A DNA stretch of 63,819 bases, counting the filler, from Reticulomyxa filosa (taxonomy: Eukaryota > Protista > Foraminifera), in assembly GCA_000512085.1 (NCBI GenBank). It is 10 parts of 10 records of this genome, joined end to end, with 100 filler letters (N's around TTAATTAATTAA, not from the genome) between each part and the next. Parts side by side here need not be neighbours in the genome. Positions count along the whole stretch, not along the records: positions 25,564 to 55,621 come from ASPP01007421.1; 9 more parts are not named here. The stretch is one strand, 5' to 3'. Position numbers and translations under genes: made by a program. The number at the start of each line of letters is the position of its first letter. Positions within the stretch are counted from its first letter, which is position 1. Below, piece by piece: positions 38,147 to 51,500 of the stretch. The notes beneath the pieces are model-generated. The model made no database searches, was not told where the DNA came from, and worked only from the letters and a program-made list of their open reading frames with translations.

Positions 38147-41100
38147 TTACGATTTTTCATTGGTTTTGATCCAGGGAAACTTTAAGCGCTTGGAGGCGGT
38201 TGTTTGAACAGTTGCTTTGTTGGTAGAGTTTTTGACGGAAGGCTTAGCATGAGCTTTGCGTGAAGGAATGGCCTCAGGCAAGCTGTTCAACCACTTTTGT
38301 TTGCTTACTTGTAAGAAGTGCTTGCCTTTATCCAAATTCAAGTTCAAAGATATCTGTCGCTTGCGTGTTTGTTGAGATGGATGTTTAATTCGCAGTTCAG
38401 TTGCTAGTTTCAGCAGTTCAAAAGGATCAACTGTTGGATAAGATTGGAGCAATTGCAAATTTGACGCAAAGTTTCCTTCCATTAGCTCACTGCGCACATT
38501 TCTAAGAGGGAGGAGGGGAGGGGAACAAGGAAGAAAAGCGTGGTAAGTAACGTGTTGGAGTTTGCCAAAACAAAAAAAAAAGACAATATAAATTCTAACT
38601 GCATCATGGCAACGGCAAAATATGTCACAAGCTCAAATCGGTTAGTATCCGACAAGACTGTTATTTTTGACATTATAAGAAATAAAAAAAATTAAAAAAA
38701 AAAGCCAATGAAACGAATTTGAAGGAACGATAGACAGACAAAGACATACAGGAATCCCATAAGCGCAAAACATCAGGCAATTGAAATTCCATGGCCATAA
38801 GTAGCATAAGCCATCGCAAGGAATAAAACCTTGGGTCTAACGCTTGTTTTTTGAGGACGGTCCATAGATCCGGGTCGATGCGACGCAACAACACATCGAA
38901 TTCACTCACCACCGCCAAAATGCCAAACTGGGAGTTGTCGGCTTCGGCGATGAATCGATCACTCAAATGGGACATCAAATTGGTAAAGCAGAAGAACGTG
39001 TCTGCTTCCGCGAACATTCCATCGTCAGACGAGTCCGACGCAAACACATAATAAATGGGTGCCAACTATGTAGAATCATTCAAATGTCCGAGGACCCTTT
39101 CTCCATTCTCCAGCCATTTGTTTTTTTTTTTTTTTAAAAAAAGAAAGTATAACTATTTCGTTCATGCCTTGCACATAGTCAACACCTTTGTTAAGTCGAG
39201 CGTACACACAGAGAATGCGGATCATGACCTGGGCGTGAATTCCCAAGTCTTTGCCAGAGAGGGTATAGCGTTCGTATCGAAACTTTTTAATCCTTGCCGA
39301 CAGCATGTTTTTTTTATGATTGGATGGAGGAATGTTGGAGTTGGGACTCAAATGATTGCCATCGTCACGACTCTCTACAGTACTCGTACTATTTTCTGTT
39401 TCCACTCCGTTGATCATAACTCCACCTTTGCGTTGGATGCTCGCGCTTCGATATTTCATGTTTTTGTTTTGTTTTTGCGCTTTTTTTTTTTTTGGTTTTT
39501 GTAATCAAATTTTGGACTTGTCCTTCGCCAAATGTGGTCGAGTATCGATTCTCTCTCGTTTCCGTCTCTGTGGTCTGCGGTGATGATGTTGCTGGTGCAT
39601 TTGGATCATTTGGGCTATTTGGATCATTTGGACTATTTGAATCATTTGCATGTTTGCTCGTTGTCGTTGTGATTGTGGTTGTGGCTGCTGCTATTGCGGG
39701 TGCCAGATCCAAGCTCGGTGGCTGTGCTGATGATGCTCGAGCTCTGGTTTCTTCCATTTTAATATTCGGCATTCCGCCAATAGGAGTGACAACAATAACC
39801 GCGGAGACAGCGGAGACAGCGGACGCAGCTGACAAAGAGGGACTGGCAGGAGCGACTTGCAACGGCTCTTCTTTATTTCTCTCATCGTTGATTGGTGGCA
39901 TGTTGGCCATAATATTCAGATTGGCGACATTTGGTGCATTCCCCTGTTCCAATGCTGTCAAAATTTGTGCCACTCCCCTTGCAACAGGGTCGGCCACAGA
40001 TTGACTCGTTTCGTTTTCGCATTTATTTCCATTGGCATTGTCTGTTGTATTTGTTGTTGCAGCAGCTGTGTCTGTACTGTCCGTCGCAACAGGTATCGTT
40101 GGCAGTCCAATGACAGTGGCTCGGACTGGCACAATCGAAAAGTTGTCGGTTAAAGGCTTATCGCTATCTCCGAGGGTGCTCGTTCGTTGATGCTTTGGCT
40201 GAAGAGGATCGTCTTGCTCAGGAGGAGGGACAATCACGTGTTCGTGCGAATCGGATACACTTGCCTCGCGAACAGGCATGTCGTTATTTTGTTTCGTCTC
40301 GTGTTTACCTTTATTGTTGTTTGGATCGTTATTGTCGTTATTATTTTTATTTTTATTTTTGTTTTTGTTTTTGTTTTTGTTCTTGTCGTCTACGTTTTCA
40401 TCATTGTCGTCATTGTCGTCATTATTATCATTGTCGTCATTATTGTCATTGTCATCATCGTCAACATCGCTATCACCCGTTGGAGGTTCAAAGTTTCCAG
40501 CAGCCAACACTTTTGTTTATATTGCATTACAATATTACATTTACATATATATAATATATATTGTATTATGTGTTGCGTAATATATTTTGTTACAAATTGC
40601 GTGTACACACTCCAATATTTGATTAATAATAACTTTGTGCTAGGTTTGTGGCAGTATCCAATGGCTCTACATCGTTGTCACGATCAAAGGGAAAACGATA
40701 GGACTTGCTGGCAGACCTTTCATGGATCATTTTATTGCTTCGAAAAAAAGCAAAGGTTTGATGCGTGCGATGGATGTCTTTTTCAATTTTATTCCAAATT
40801 TCCCAATCGTCCAAATAAGACTTCCATGGGCTATTGTCAATGTCATTGTCATTTTCATCGTCAACTGTCTCAAAGAATTGCGAGGTATTGCTTGCCCCAT
40901 CTGTTGGAGGTTTCGAATGAGGGGTTCGCATATCCAGTTCTTCTGTATCGCTATCACTGTTGTTTGGATTTTCCTCCACTTTGATCTTTGGAATCGTTAC
41001 ACTTTCTTCTTTTTCTTCAGCCCCTTCTTTCTTATCGTTGTCTGTTGCATTTACATTTGCTTTGCATTTGCATTTGCTTTTGCTTTTGCTTTTTCCTCTG

Positions 41101-41874
41101 TCGTCACTGCTGTCTCTTTTGGCTTGGTCACGCCACTTATTACTATGTCGATTGTCTTTTCCTTTGTCTCTTCTGCTGAACAATTTATCTGCTCTGTCGG
41201 TTTTATCTCTTCGGCTTCTTTTGTTTGTTCTGCTTGCTTCGTCTCCTCTTTGCTTTCCTGCGTTTGCGTCTTTGCATTTGTCGTCTCTCCATTCTTCACT
41301 GTCTGGATCTCCGACTGCGTTTTTTGCAATGGCAATAGTCCGGGGCCCTTATTTCCTTCATTTTCATTCTCCTTTTTTTTGCCTTTCTGCATATTTGACA
41401 TACGTGCTGTCAGAGGTCTTGACAAATCTTTTTTTTTTTTTTAAGTGTGTTATGTTCATTTACTATATATTACATATAAATTTTTTTTTTTTTTTTTTTG
41501 TACCGTGGTGTACGTCTGGGGTTTGAAATAGTAGGTTAATATAAAACGAATACATCGTTCTTTGCTGCTCCAAATGTGTTTGCCATTTGCCCGTTTCGAG
41601 GGGTAAATATCCCAACAACAATTTCCAACATTTTGCTTTTAATGCCAGCTCTTCTTCTGGAACACCAGCAAAGCATAGTTCTTGTAGTTTTTTTAGATCC
41701 ACTCGTTCCTGTCCTAATAAAATTTCAAATGCTTCAATTCTGTATTCGTCAGTGTCAGGAAGGCCAAGTGTCCTTTCTCGTTTTCCTTTTCAATCACAAA
41801 CAACAAAAATACCTAGAGTCAGGTTGCTTTGGTTGCGGCTTCTTTGCACGCACTGCTTGCTTCAATATATTCAT
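38147..41874 (-). CDS. TBC1D13: TBC-domain Rab GAP, TBC1D13-like, with large low-complexity insertions
   Basis: RIEAFEILL...VDLKKLQELCFAGVPEE..LKAKCWKLLLGYLP; Arg finger IEKDIHRTH; RILCVYARLNKGVDYVQGMNEI (Gln finger); APIYYVFASD....AEADTFFCFTNLMS; LDPRFYSLRWL.LLM.MEFQLPDVLRLWDS; F..NLQLLQSYP. Confidence 0.9.
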
Positions 41875-42084
41875 TGCCAAATGTTCGACTTTAGTAGGAA
41901 AAAAAACTCTTGGATCCACAGAAGAGAAGTGTCATCGAACAGGTCTCATGTACTAAGACAATTCAGTAAAGTTCATAATGGCGCACTATGCATAGTCGCA
42001 TGTTAGCTAATATATCCCACAAAATAAATAAGCATATAGAAACGTCGGGTCAAAAGAAAACCCTTTTTTTGTAATGATATAAGG

Positions 42085-44260
42085 ATGTCGAAAGATTTAG
42101 TGCACCTGGTGGATGTAGTCAATGATTCAAAAACAAAGTTAAGTTGAAGTGTTAAATGTAGTAAAATTGTGCATAATAATAAATATTTTTAAAACTGGTA
42201 CACAGGAAACAGATACCAAGAACGATCACTGGCATAAACAAATCCGCCTTTTTCCACGAACATATTGAACGAGATGAAAAAGGGTTTTATTATCACATCA
42301 GATATTCCAAGACGCAGCAAGCGCCAAAGGTTACCAAGTGTCAAAAAAAAAAAGTGGGTTATGACAAAAAAAGAAGAAAAAATGTTTAAATATGACAGGG
42401 GGATCTGATCATGATAAATACCGAGGAAACCAAAGTGGCAGAGAAGTCGATAGAAGAACTCGCAAACAACGATTTGGCAAAGTTACCAAACTTTGGATCT
42501 CAAGACAGTTCATTTCAAGAAGCCAATCGTCGGTTGGTGTTTTGGGAATGCAAAATGAAACGAATCAGTGATATAAACACAACACAGGAGACATTTCGAT
42601 GTCGTTTTCACTATTACCTTACGTGGCTGGCGACCAAAGAAGAAGTCAGAGACTACGAAAACTTTATCAAATTCCACAAGAACACCACAGACACGGTCTT
42701 CTGGTACCCTCATTGGGTCCCTCGGTTGGAATTTACCAATGCCGTCGAAGTCATTCAATTTGAAGAGCATAGTTTTGTGTTTGTAAACTTGTAATTTATA
42801 TTGCGTGCAATAAAGCAACAATTTTTTGTTTGCTTGTTTGAATTTAAAGAAACAAAATTCACCAAAAACACGAATTGTGAATAGGTCCCAAATATGAAGT
42901 GCGAAATGCCACGAACCAAGCACAATTGCGCGAATCGTGGAAAAAAAATGCTCAAAAATATATTGAATTGCTGGGCTTTGATCCGTCTCACGGACAATGG
43001 ATTCGATGTCGTTATGAAGCTGACGTTGTATTTGCCGAGGAAATGGAACTGGAGAATTTCCCTTTTGATGTTTGTTTTGTTTTGAGTAATGACCACCACC
43101 AAAAAAAAAAAAAAAAAATTGAAAAAGTTAATAACGATAATAAGAATGACAACAATAATGGTAATAAACAATAACCAATGACTAAACAGTGCCAAGACTT
43201 TACTGCTTATTTCAAGGCAGAGCTAGAAACGACCGCATGTCGCTTGCTTCCATTTCCACGAGATCGAATATTTTGCTCTTTGGATGGACAGTTTAGTGTG
43301 TTGTCAGAATGGATATTGAAACGAGTTGTCATTGAATTTAAACAAACGGATAAAACACGATCGCGAGGCACGCGCACATACTCAATCGTTGCAATTCATA
43401 TTAAAGCATCCCGAAAATGGAACACCCGTGCAGGAGAAATTTTATTGACGTTTTGCATGATGACCATGGGACTAGGCGCCTTTGCTATGGACACTTCTTC
43501 CGACAGTATTCCTATTTGCTATTTAGTCTTCCCCCAATTTGTTTAGTGTTCCTCCTCAATACGTGCACACATACACAAATAGACCTTGGCAATCGTTTAA
43601 TCTTTGCCATTACCTTGCTCTTAGCTGACGTGACCTCCTTGCAATTGTTGATCCAACAGTTGCCGAACATTCCCTACTGGACTGAAATGGTTTTGTGTGT
43701 CTTTTTTCTCAGTGTGTATGCAGGCAATGTACAATGAAGGTGTGAGAATGGATGAGACTTCGAAACGACGCTGACACTATATATTATATCATACAATACA
43801 GGACTTCTACATGTACACTTGCTTTTTCTATCTATTCTTAATTACCTTGTGGTCAGCCTTGGTGGGTTTAACCAATAACTTATTGAGAGCTGCCGATACT
43901 TATGCGTTGATATTTTTTGTTGTATTGTGGTTTTTTGCAAACTTATTGTTTGCCGTCCGAGCTGTTATTCTCTTGAAGCAAGAAAGGGCAAGTCTTAATT
44001 ATGATACAAGTGACCTAAAAAAGTTTTATCGAAGCCGCCGTAGTGGTAATGACCGAAGTACTATTGAATGCAAATTCAATGCTGACAAGCTTATTGATCA
44101 AGAGGATGATGGAGTATTATTATTTAGTGGACGAAAGCTCAAACAAGGTATTGTTACCCCACAAATGTTCCAAAAAAAAAATGAATTGCTCAGATTAGGA
44201 ACATTTCTTGTTTATGACCGCAATGTTACCAGTGCGGTTGTCAACGCAGAATCTAGTTGA
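42085..44260 (+). CDS. Pentameric ligand-gated ion channel subunit (Cys-less Pro-loop type), multi-exon; 5' end uncertain
   Basis: ISDINTTQETFRCRFHYYLTW; WVPRLEFTNA; FAEEMELENFPFD|CQDF (Pro-loop); SEWIL; IKASRKW before M1; M2 LGNRLIFAITLLLADVT; LPNIPYWTEMDFYMYTCFFYL (M2-M3 loop); M4 ADTYALIFFVVLWFFANLLF. Confidence 0.85.
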
Positions 44261-44769
44261 CATACGATCGTTCCATTTTCTATCGTAGTTCTACTGACGG
44301 TGTTTTGAGTGTGTATGATGGACTGGATGGCATAAGATGATACGCCATGAAAAAAATTTGACAATAAAATTTTTGGTTTTTTTCTACTATTCTTGTCAAT
44401 GTTTCTAGCAAATCAATTGTAACGATTGCAATATCGAGACATATTTCACCTAAAAACTTTGGTCAATCAAAAACTAATAGATCTTTTTCAGACGTATATT
44501 AATTGAAGGTTTTTTGTGAATATTAAGACATTGATGTGAGCACTATCATTTTAATGAGAACAAAAATGTTTGTGTTTGTAAATATCAAATTTTAAATTTT
44601 TTTTTTGAAATTATCGAGAAAAGTTGAAAGTTTTGAATACTCCATACGCCAACAATAAAGATTTACGAAAAAGCTTTATCATTGCCATTGAAACAAAAAT
44701 TTCTTTGCTTAGTAGTTGCCTTTAGCTAAACTTTATCACCATTGAGATTCAGAATTTGTTTTGAAACAA

Positions 44770-47733
44770 TTACTTCATTTCTACAACGGTTGATTTGATC
44801 TCGGTGACCTCTTTGTACTTTGTTCGATTAAATCGTAAAATTAAATAGGCAAGCAAATGCATCCCACAGAACAAAAGCACCAAGTTCCGCAATGCGAACG
44901 AGACATCGTATCCGTCAAATGACATCCGTTTTAGTTGCTATTACAACATCAAATTACGTTTTTGATAAGTATGAGAGATACAAAAATGAAATAGGCAAAA
45001 AAAAAAAGACTAGTAACATCTTCTCCAGTACTAATGCATGCCGAATCGGTTGAGGAACAATGAAATTTTTCGTTTTTAAATTCATTGATACAAAAGGCCA
45101 TATACGCCCATCGAATTGAACTCAAATTTTGTAACCAACCTAACCAAACAGGGATATTTTTAATGTTGATATAAAACCCACCAAACAATATCATCAATAT
45201 CATAAAAGGCGGCGCCATAGCATTCGCAGCATCTACATTAGGAGCAAATGATGCAACCAAAAAACCTAGCGCCATTGCAGTGAAGGAGGTCAAAACTGTT
45301 ATCACAATGAACAAAATAAATTGTTCTGCGTGTGGGTTCAGATTAACAATCCAATACATGATGCAAGAAAATATGATCGGATAAATTGCGTCAATAGGAA
45401 CTGCTGTCAAAAACTTTGTCAAGTAGTAAGAAACGACGTGATAGCTTTTTGCCTGTGTTTATTGTAGCATATTTTTTAGTATTTTTTTTTCAAAGCAAAA
45501 AAAATACAAGTTACTTGTCTTTCTCTCATGACAATAGCTTTCTCCACAGTAAATGTATTAACCACTCCAATCATACCACCAAAGGACTGATTGATAGCTA
45601 CAAAAAACAATATTCCCGTCCGATCTTGAATCGACTTTTGTCCATAATTTGTGTCACTATAAATCGCCGACAAAAATAAACTGAAAAACAATGACATGAA
45701 TAAACGAATTATCAATGAAATTTTGTCTCGATAGACTTGTCGCGAACTTCGAAGCGCCAAAACTTGCAATTGAGTTAAAAATCCAGAACGAACTGTTTTT
45801 ATTTCTTCAAACTGTTCCAATACATGTCTATCTGCGTTTTCCTCTTGTTTGTCTTCTTGTTTTTCTTTCTATTTTCATTATTCATTAATTTTTTGGGTCA
45901 GTTTGCGTATTTATTTCTGTATTTCTTAGAAAGTAAAGCAGTGACAACGTGTTTAACTGAGCTCTCAAATTTTTTCCACGCTTCTTTTAACAATTCAATT
46001 CGTTGATCAGATACTCCATGACTTTTCGCATCACGAGATATCAAGTCCAAAAAGTAATCTGCCGGATTACTGTTATTTGTGTATACGTAAATGTAATGTT
46101 ATTTGCAGGTCACTGCGTTTGCAGAAAATGAAAAATGGAAGGAAAACATTTAAATAAAAGCAAAGCTATGAACAAACAAAAAAGAAAAGAATGAAAGTAT
46201 TTGTAACTAATATGATGGACAAGGAAATCCCAAATTGCTGAAGTAGGTAACTGCTTCGTTTCCTCCCTTACCATTATAAATAATATGTCCATCTGCCAAC
46301 AGTACCAACCGATCAAACTATTCATTTTCATTGCCCTTCGTGTATGTCTCGTATCCCAAAAAAAAAAGCAGAAACAGTTAGCTAAACTAGAGCATAAATG
46401 CTTGATCTTGGTTGATGAATGCTCGTGACAACAGTGCAACCATTGTCACACAATGACTTCAACGTCTCGATCACGTTCAATGCCTGAAAACTGTCTAATC
46501 CAGACCTTGTTTTTTTTTTTTTTTTTTGTGTGTGAAGGGATGGAATTCATTGACAAAAGAGCAAAAAAGAAAATTCGAAATTTTATTTTCATCTTTTTTT
46601 TTTTTTTTTTTTGCTGTTATTATTTTTCTGTTTTTAACGTTGGTTCATCCAGGAAAATTAATGACGGGTCTTGAATCAATTCCACGCCAATATTGGTACG
46701 TTTTCGTTCACCACCACTTACGCCTCTTCTCTTTGCATCACCAATTTTTGTTCCTTGGGCTCGTTGCAATCCTAATTCCGCAATGATCATGTCAACACGT
46801 TTTTCTTTTTCCTCCAACGACATTTCTTTTGGCAGACGAAATTTTGCAGCATTTAATAGCGTTTCTCGAACAGTCTTTAATTACATTTTTTTTTTTTTTT
46901 TTGAGAAATGGGGGGAGGGGTCACTTTTTTTAAGTTTCATTAAGATTTTAGAAAGTTCTAAAAAAATTTTGTTTTCAGTACTTGAACTATATAAAAATTG
47001 GTCAATGATTATAATCGACAGAAAAAAAAAAATTAATGACAAAAAAAGTTACCTGCATATTAAAAAGAACATCATCTTGTTGCACAAATGCTGCCAAACG
47101 AGCAAATTTCGAACCTAACTCCGAACGATTAATTCCATTTATAGTTATTTTTCCTTCCAAACGAGAGCCCTTTGCTTCTAATACCCGACCAGCCAAGACA
47201 TTGATTAATGTTGTCTTTCCTGAATTGTATTTGATTGTAATGTCAAAGATTTTTAAAAAAAGGAACAGAAATTTCCTGAAGTTTTGGAAATTTCAAGGTT
47301 TTTTTTTTGTTAAAAAAAAGAAAACTCAACCGCTGCCAGACGGTCCCATAATGGCAATCAGCTCCCCAACTTTGGCACATCCAGAAACGTTGCTCAATAT
47401 TTGCTTTTCAGTCTTGGGTTTGCAACATTTTTTTGAGGATTTCGCATCTGGGATCGAGACGCTATAATTGATGTCCTCCCATTTGAGTGTAATCGGTAAT
47501 CGTTTGCGATTAAAATTTAATCTTGATTCTCGTTTCTGCATTCGATTTTCATGTTGTAATAAAGTGGAATGACTTGAAGCTCCTCGAGTATTTGGGCTAT
47601 GTTCATGTGAAGGCTGGGTCAAATGGTTCTCATTACCATTTTGTTTTAACTCTTCCACTTCCGCTTCCACTGCGGGGTGTTGGCCGTCTTGAAGGATTTT
47701 ATCATTATGTTCTGAATCCGAATCTGCAGACAT
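44770..47733 (-). CDS. ABCG (White-family) half-transporter, multi-exon
   Basis: Walker A AIMGPSGS|GKTTLINVLAGR; AFVQQDD; signature RRGVSGGERKRTNIG; Walker B LIFLDEPT; HQPRS; NPADYFLD; ABC2 membrane domain QDRTGILFF..EKAIVMRER..LFGGFYIN..IPVWLGWL..INEF. Stop at 44770-44772. Confidence 0.95.
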
Positions 47734-48549
47734 ATTATGTCGGTAAATGCAACAAAAACCAAATTATTCAAGAAACACAAAGCAAACAAGCTTTATGAAA
47801 TCAAAGTCAAAAAACCCCCAATAGGCTCTAATATATTGATTGAAAACACATGTAGTCCATTTCTTCGTTTATTTTATTTATTACCTCTGTACATGAACTC
47901 GAGTAAGAAGCTAACATTGTTGCTGAAATGTATTTTCTGATTTTAATTGAGGGACAAACTTTTTTGACAAAGTAAATGTAGAGAATAACTGTTGTTTTAA
48001 AATGAGTTGTGTCAGAAAATACAATATTCCAACTTTTAATTTTTCTAAAGACAATCTAATTGCTCTGTTTTCATTAGATTGCTTGTGCTTCTTCACTTTT
48101 ACCTCAAAGGAGATATCTCATTCATTGGGCATAGTGACACATCCACAGTGAATAAATAAAATGTTTTTTTTCAGAGTTTTCGTACATAGTTGTTCCGTTG
48201 TTAAAATATGTGTTGTGTTTCATGTTGCCCAAACTAAAGACTTGAAATTCGGCTGCAGTCTTCTTTTTCTTTGGCTGCCACTATTCGTATCGACTTGAGT
48301 TTCATAGCTTGTTTGCTTGAGACAAACCGAAGTAAGTTTTGCTTTTATTGTTATTTACTGTGTAAGCTGCAGCGATTTTCCTAACTTTCAGTATCTGTTT
48401 TTCTTGCAAAAACGAGCGTAAAAGCCCCCTGAATCAATAATTTTGCGATCTATATTGAACAAAACTTATAGCGTTGAGAAGTAAAGCACTGCGTCAAATG
48501 AATAGGTTGAATATTTGGCTTTTTTTTAGTGTTTTTATTATGATAAGCT

Positions 48550-51500
48550 GCTGAAAGCACTGTGACGCTTGTTCACACAAAACGAAGGCGTCATCGAAAA
48601 TCTTCAATCACGACCGCAAATATCTTTGACGACTCAGATTTAGGTGCAATGTATTCGAAGGATAAATAAAAAAAGAGTGAAACAGATGTGTTTCTTGCAT
48701 TACAAGCCCAGGAAAAAAATAATAATCTTGCCAAACATAGATAATGAAGAAGCCATGGCAGCAGCAAATAGTTACGATTGGATCCAACTAGCAAAACAGC
48801 ATCTTGAAACAGAAACAGCTGAAACTGACTTAACATCCACTAGCGATCAACTTCCTAGACATCAACAAACATGGAGAGACCCTCTCTACAAAATCAGTTG
48901 ACTGACATTTTCTGAGTTATCAAAAATGATTGGTCCTAATTTTTTATCTTTTTTTTTTTTTTGCTGTTTTTATGTCCGTTTTTTTTTTTTAAAGTGTAAT
49001 ATGATTTAAACGTTTTTGATTGGGTGAGTTGTTTTTTTTTTTTTTTAATCATTAACGGCTCACAAAACCACGTTTTATAAAAGAATCTGAACAGACGCTT
49101 TGAAAGAGGGGAATAAGGAGTACTGACATATCAGCTGTGTTTGTTGACAGATGTAGACGAAGGTGTTAGTTCGATTAGATCTGATTCTTCTCTTGAGAGG
49201 TATGCGGATAATCTTCAACAAAAAAAAGAAAAACGATATCAAAAGCAAACAACTTTTTTTGAATCGACCTTTGTTTTTGTTCCATTTTTTTATTGATTAT
49301 ACTTTGCCACAATCCATTGATGACATAGAGAATCGGAAAAAGAAACAGACTCTGCCATTCGCTTATCTGCTGGAAGACAAAAAGAAAGTGAGTCTTTTTG
49401 TTTGTTTATTTATCTCTGCGCTCACAAGGAGAGGAGGAGGGGGGGAGAGAGAGAGAGAGAGAGAGGAGAATGAAAGAATTAGAAACAGCACGGAGTAACC
49501 AATAATAGAATCAGGACCAATGGAAAAAGAAAAAAGCAAAGAGAAAGATAATGAAGGTTCGAAAGTAGCTTTAGGCGATTTGCGTTTAAACGCTCCCTTC
49601 ACCCAAACACAAACACAAACGCAAGGCTCGCCGTCGCAACAAAAGCTAACGTCGGAGAGAAGACGTCGCACACATAGGAAGCGTTCTACTATTGTAAGCC
49701 CTATTGATTGTACCAAATTGTCTTTTGCTCAAGCTACTCCTTTCCCTGCCCCAGACCTGTCTGGTCAATGATCTGTTTGTTTTTCTGGCTTTTGTTTGTT
49801 GTTGTTGTTGTTAGGGTGAGAGAAGTTCAGTCTGCATTTGAAATGGAAATAATTATGTTTGCAATGGATAGAATCACCTCCTCCACCTGCTTTGTTGCAG
49901 ACTCAAAAAGGACAAGGACAAGCGAGTCAACAATCACCGAACAAAGCAGGCAAAAAACAGAGTGTAGGTCCCCATGAAAGCAAGACCACAGTGCCGTACA
50001 AAACCCCTTCGAACATTCACACGATTGCCAATTCCACGGTCGGCTTGAGTTGTATTCAAAGACTCGCCGACAGAACTCGGGCCAACGATAATCTAAACAA
50101 GAGCGATAGCAGGGACAATACCAATCCAAAGCAAGTCGAAAAAGAGTTAAACATCAACCATTCTGTCGTCTCACAAACAAGCAATCGCGAAGATGGTGAT
50201 GAAGACATTGCGCAAAATCTCGACAGAATAAACAGAGATTATAATCTCATTAGTTCTGGTTTGGACATTGTCAACAAGCACCTGAAACTCAACTTTCCTT
50301 CTCCCATCCCAGAGGTACCATCTCCGAGTGAACCACATAACAAAACCGCAGAGGCAGACAGCGAGCAAAAATACAAGGAGCCAACAACGGCAATAACACC
50401 AACCCAACAGTCCGAGTCATTGAGTTTTGTACATTTTTTTCTTTTGCTAAAAAAAAATTGTGGAGAAGTAGTGTTGTATAATTAATTAAACAAGCCGCTC
50501 AATCCAATCGAAACGGCCAAAGCATTTCCAATGATGAAACTCGTGAGGCATTGGGTTCGACGGACAACAATGACAATGAAGACATCGATGGCAATGTAAG
50601 TCCACATCTGAGCACAAAAGAGAAACATCCAAAGGACAATGAAATCAAATTGGACGACAATGCCGAAAATGGGAATAGTGACAATGATGACGGTAACGAA
50701 AAAGACAAAGGCAATGATGGCAACACATTTGCGCATAGCGATGATCGAGATCAGAATGCATCCACTCCCATCCATCTCACAGATGAACAGCAGTCGCCCA
50801 CAGTTAATTCTAGCCATTGCAACAGAGAAAAACAATATCATCACAGACCCCCAAACACAATTGCCACTCAAAATAAACAGAACGACGACAACAATTGCAA
50901 TGACAATAATAACAACGATAATCAATGCAACGAAGTGGATGAAAACAATCACAACGTGGAACTGGAGAAAGCGCGGCCAACCAGTCCTGATCGAAGCGAT
51001 AAACGAAGAAAATCGTCGCCTCTACAAGAAACACCCAAACAGTCGTCCTTCAAACCAAACAACAAAAGCAAACAGGACGAAGAGACCACTCCACAAGAGG
51101 ACTCTCTCTCATCGGACTTGTTGAATCTGAACGTTGCAAACGAGATCGATCATATGTCCTTGTCAAGGCGGACACCGAAGCATCAACACGCCAGCGATGA
51201 CACGAATGTAATCAGTAGTGTACAGTCAAAGCGCAGCAGCAATGCCCCTTCCACTGAAAGCGCAACCAAGACAATCTCCAGACGAAAACTCAGATCGCGT
51301 AAAGAGTCTCTCCTTTCTCAAGTTAAGTCTCGTTTCGATCTATATTGTATTAACCCACGCAAATGTTATTTTTTTAAAATGTAAAGACACTGTGATGATG
51401 ATGGGGGGGGGGACGGGACATTTGTTTTGAAAGGAAGAGATAAAAGAACCAATGGACGATGGTTTTGACAGTCCTGAACCACTTCCGCCAACAAGACGTC

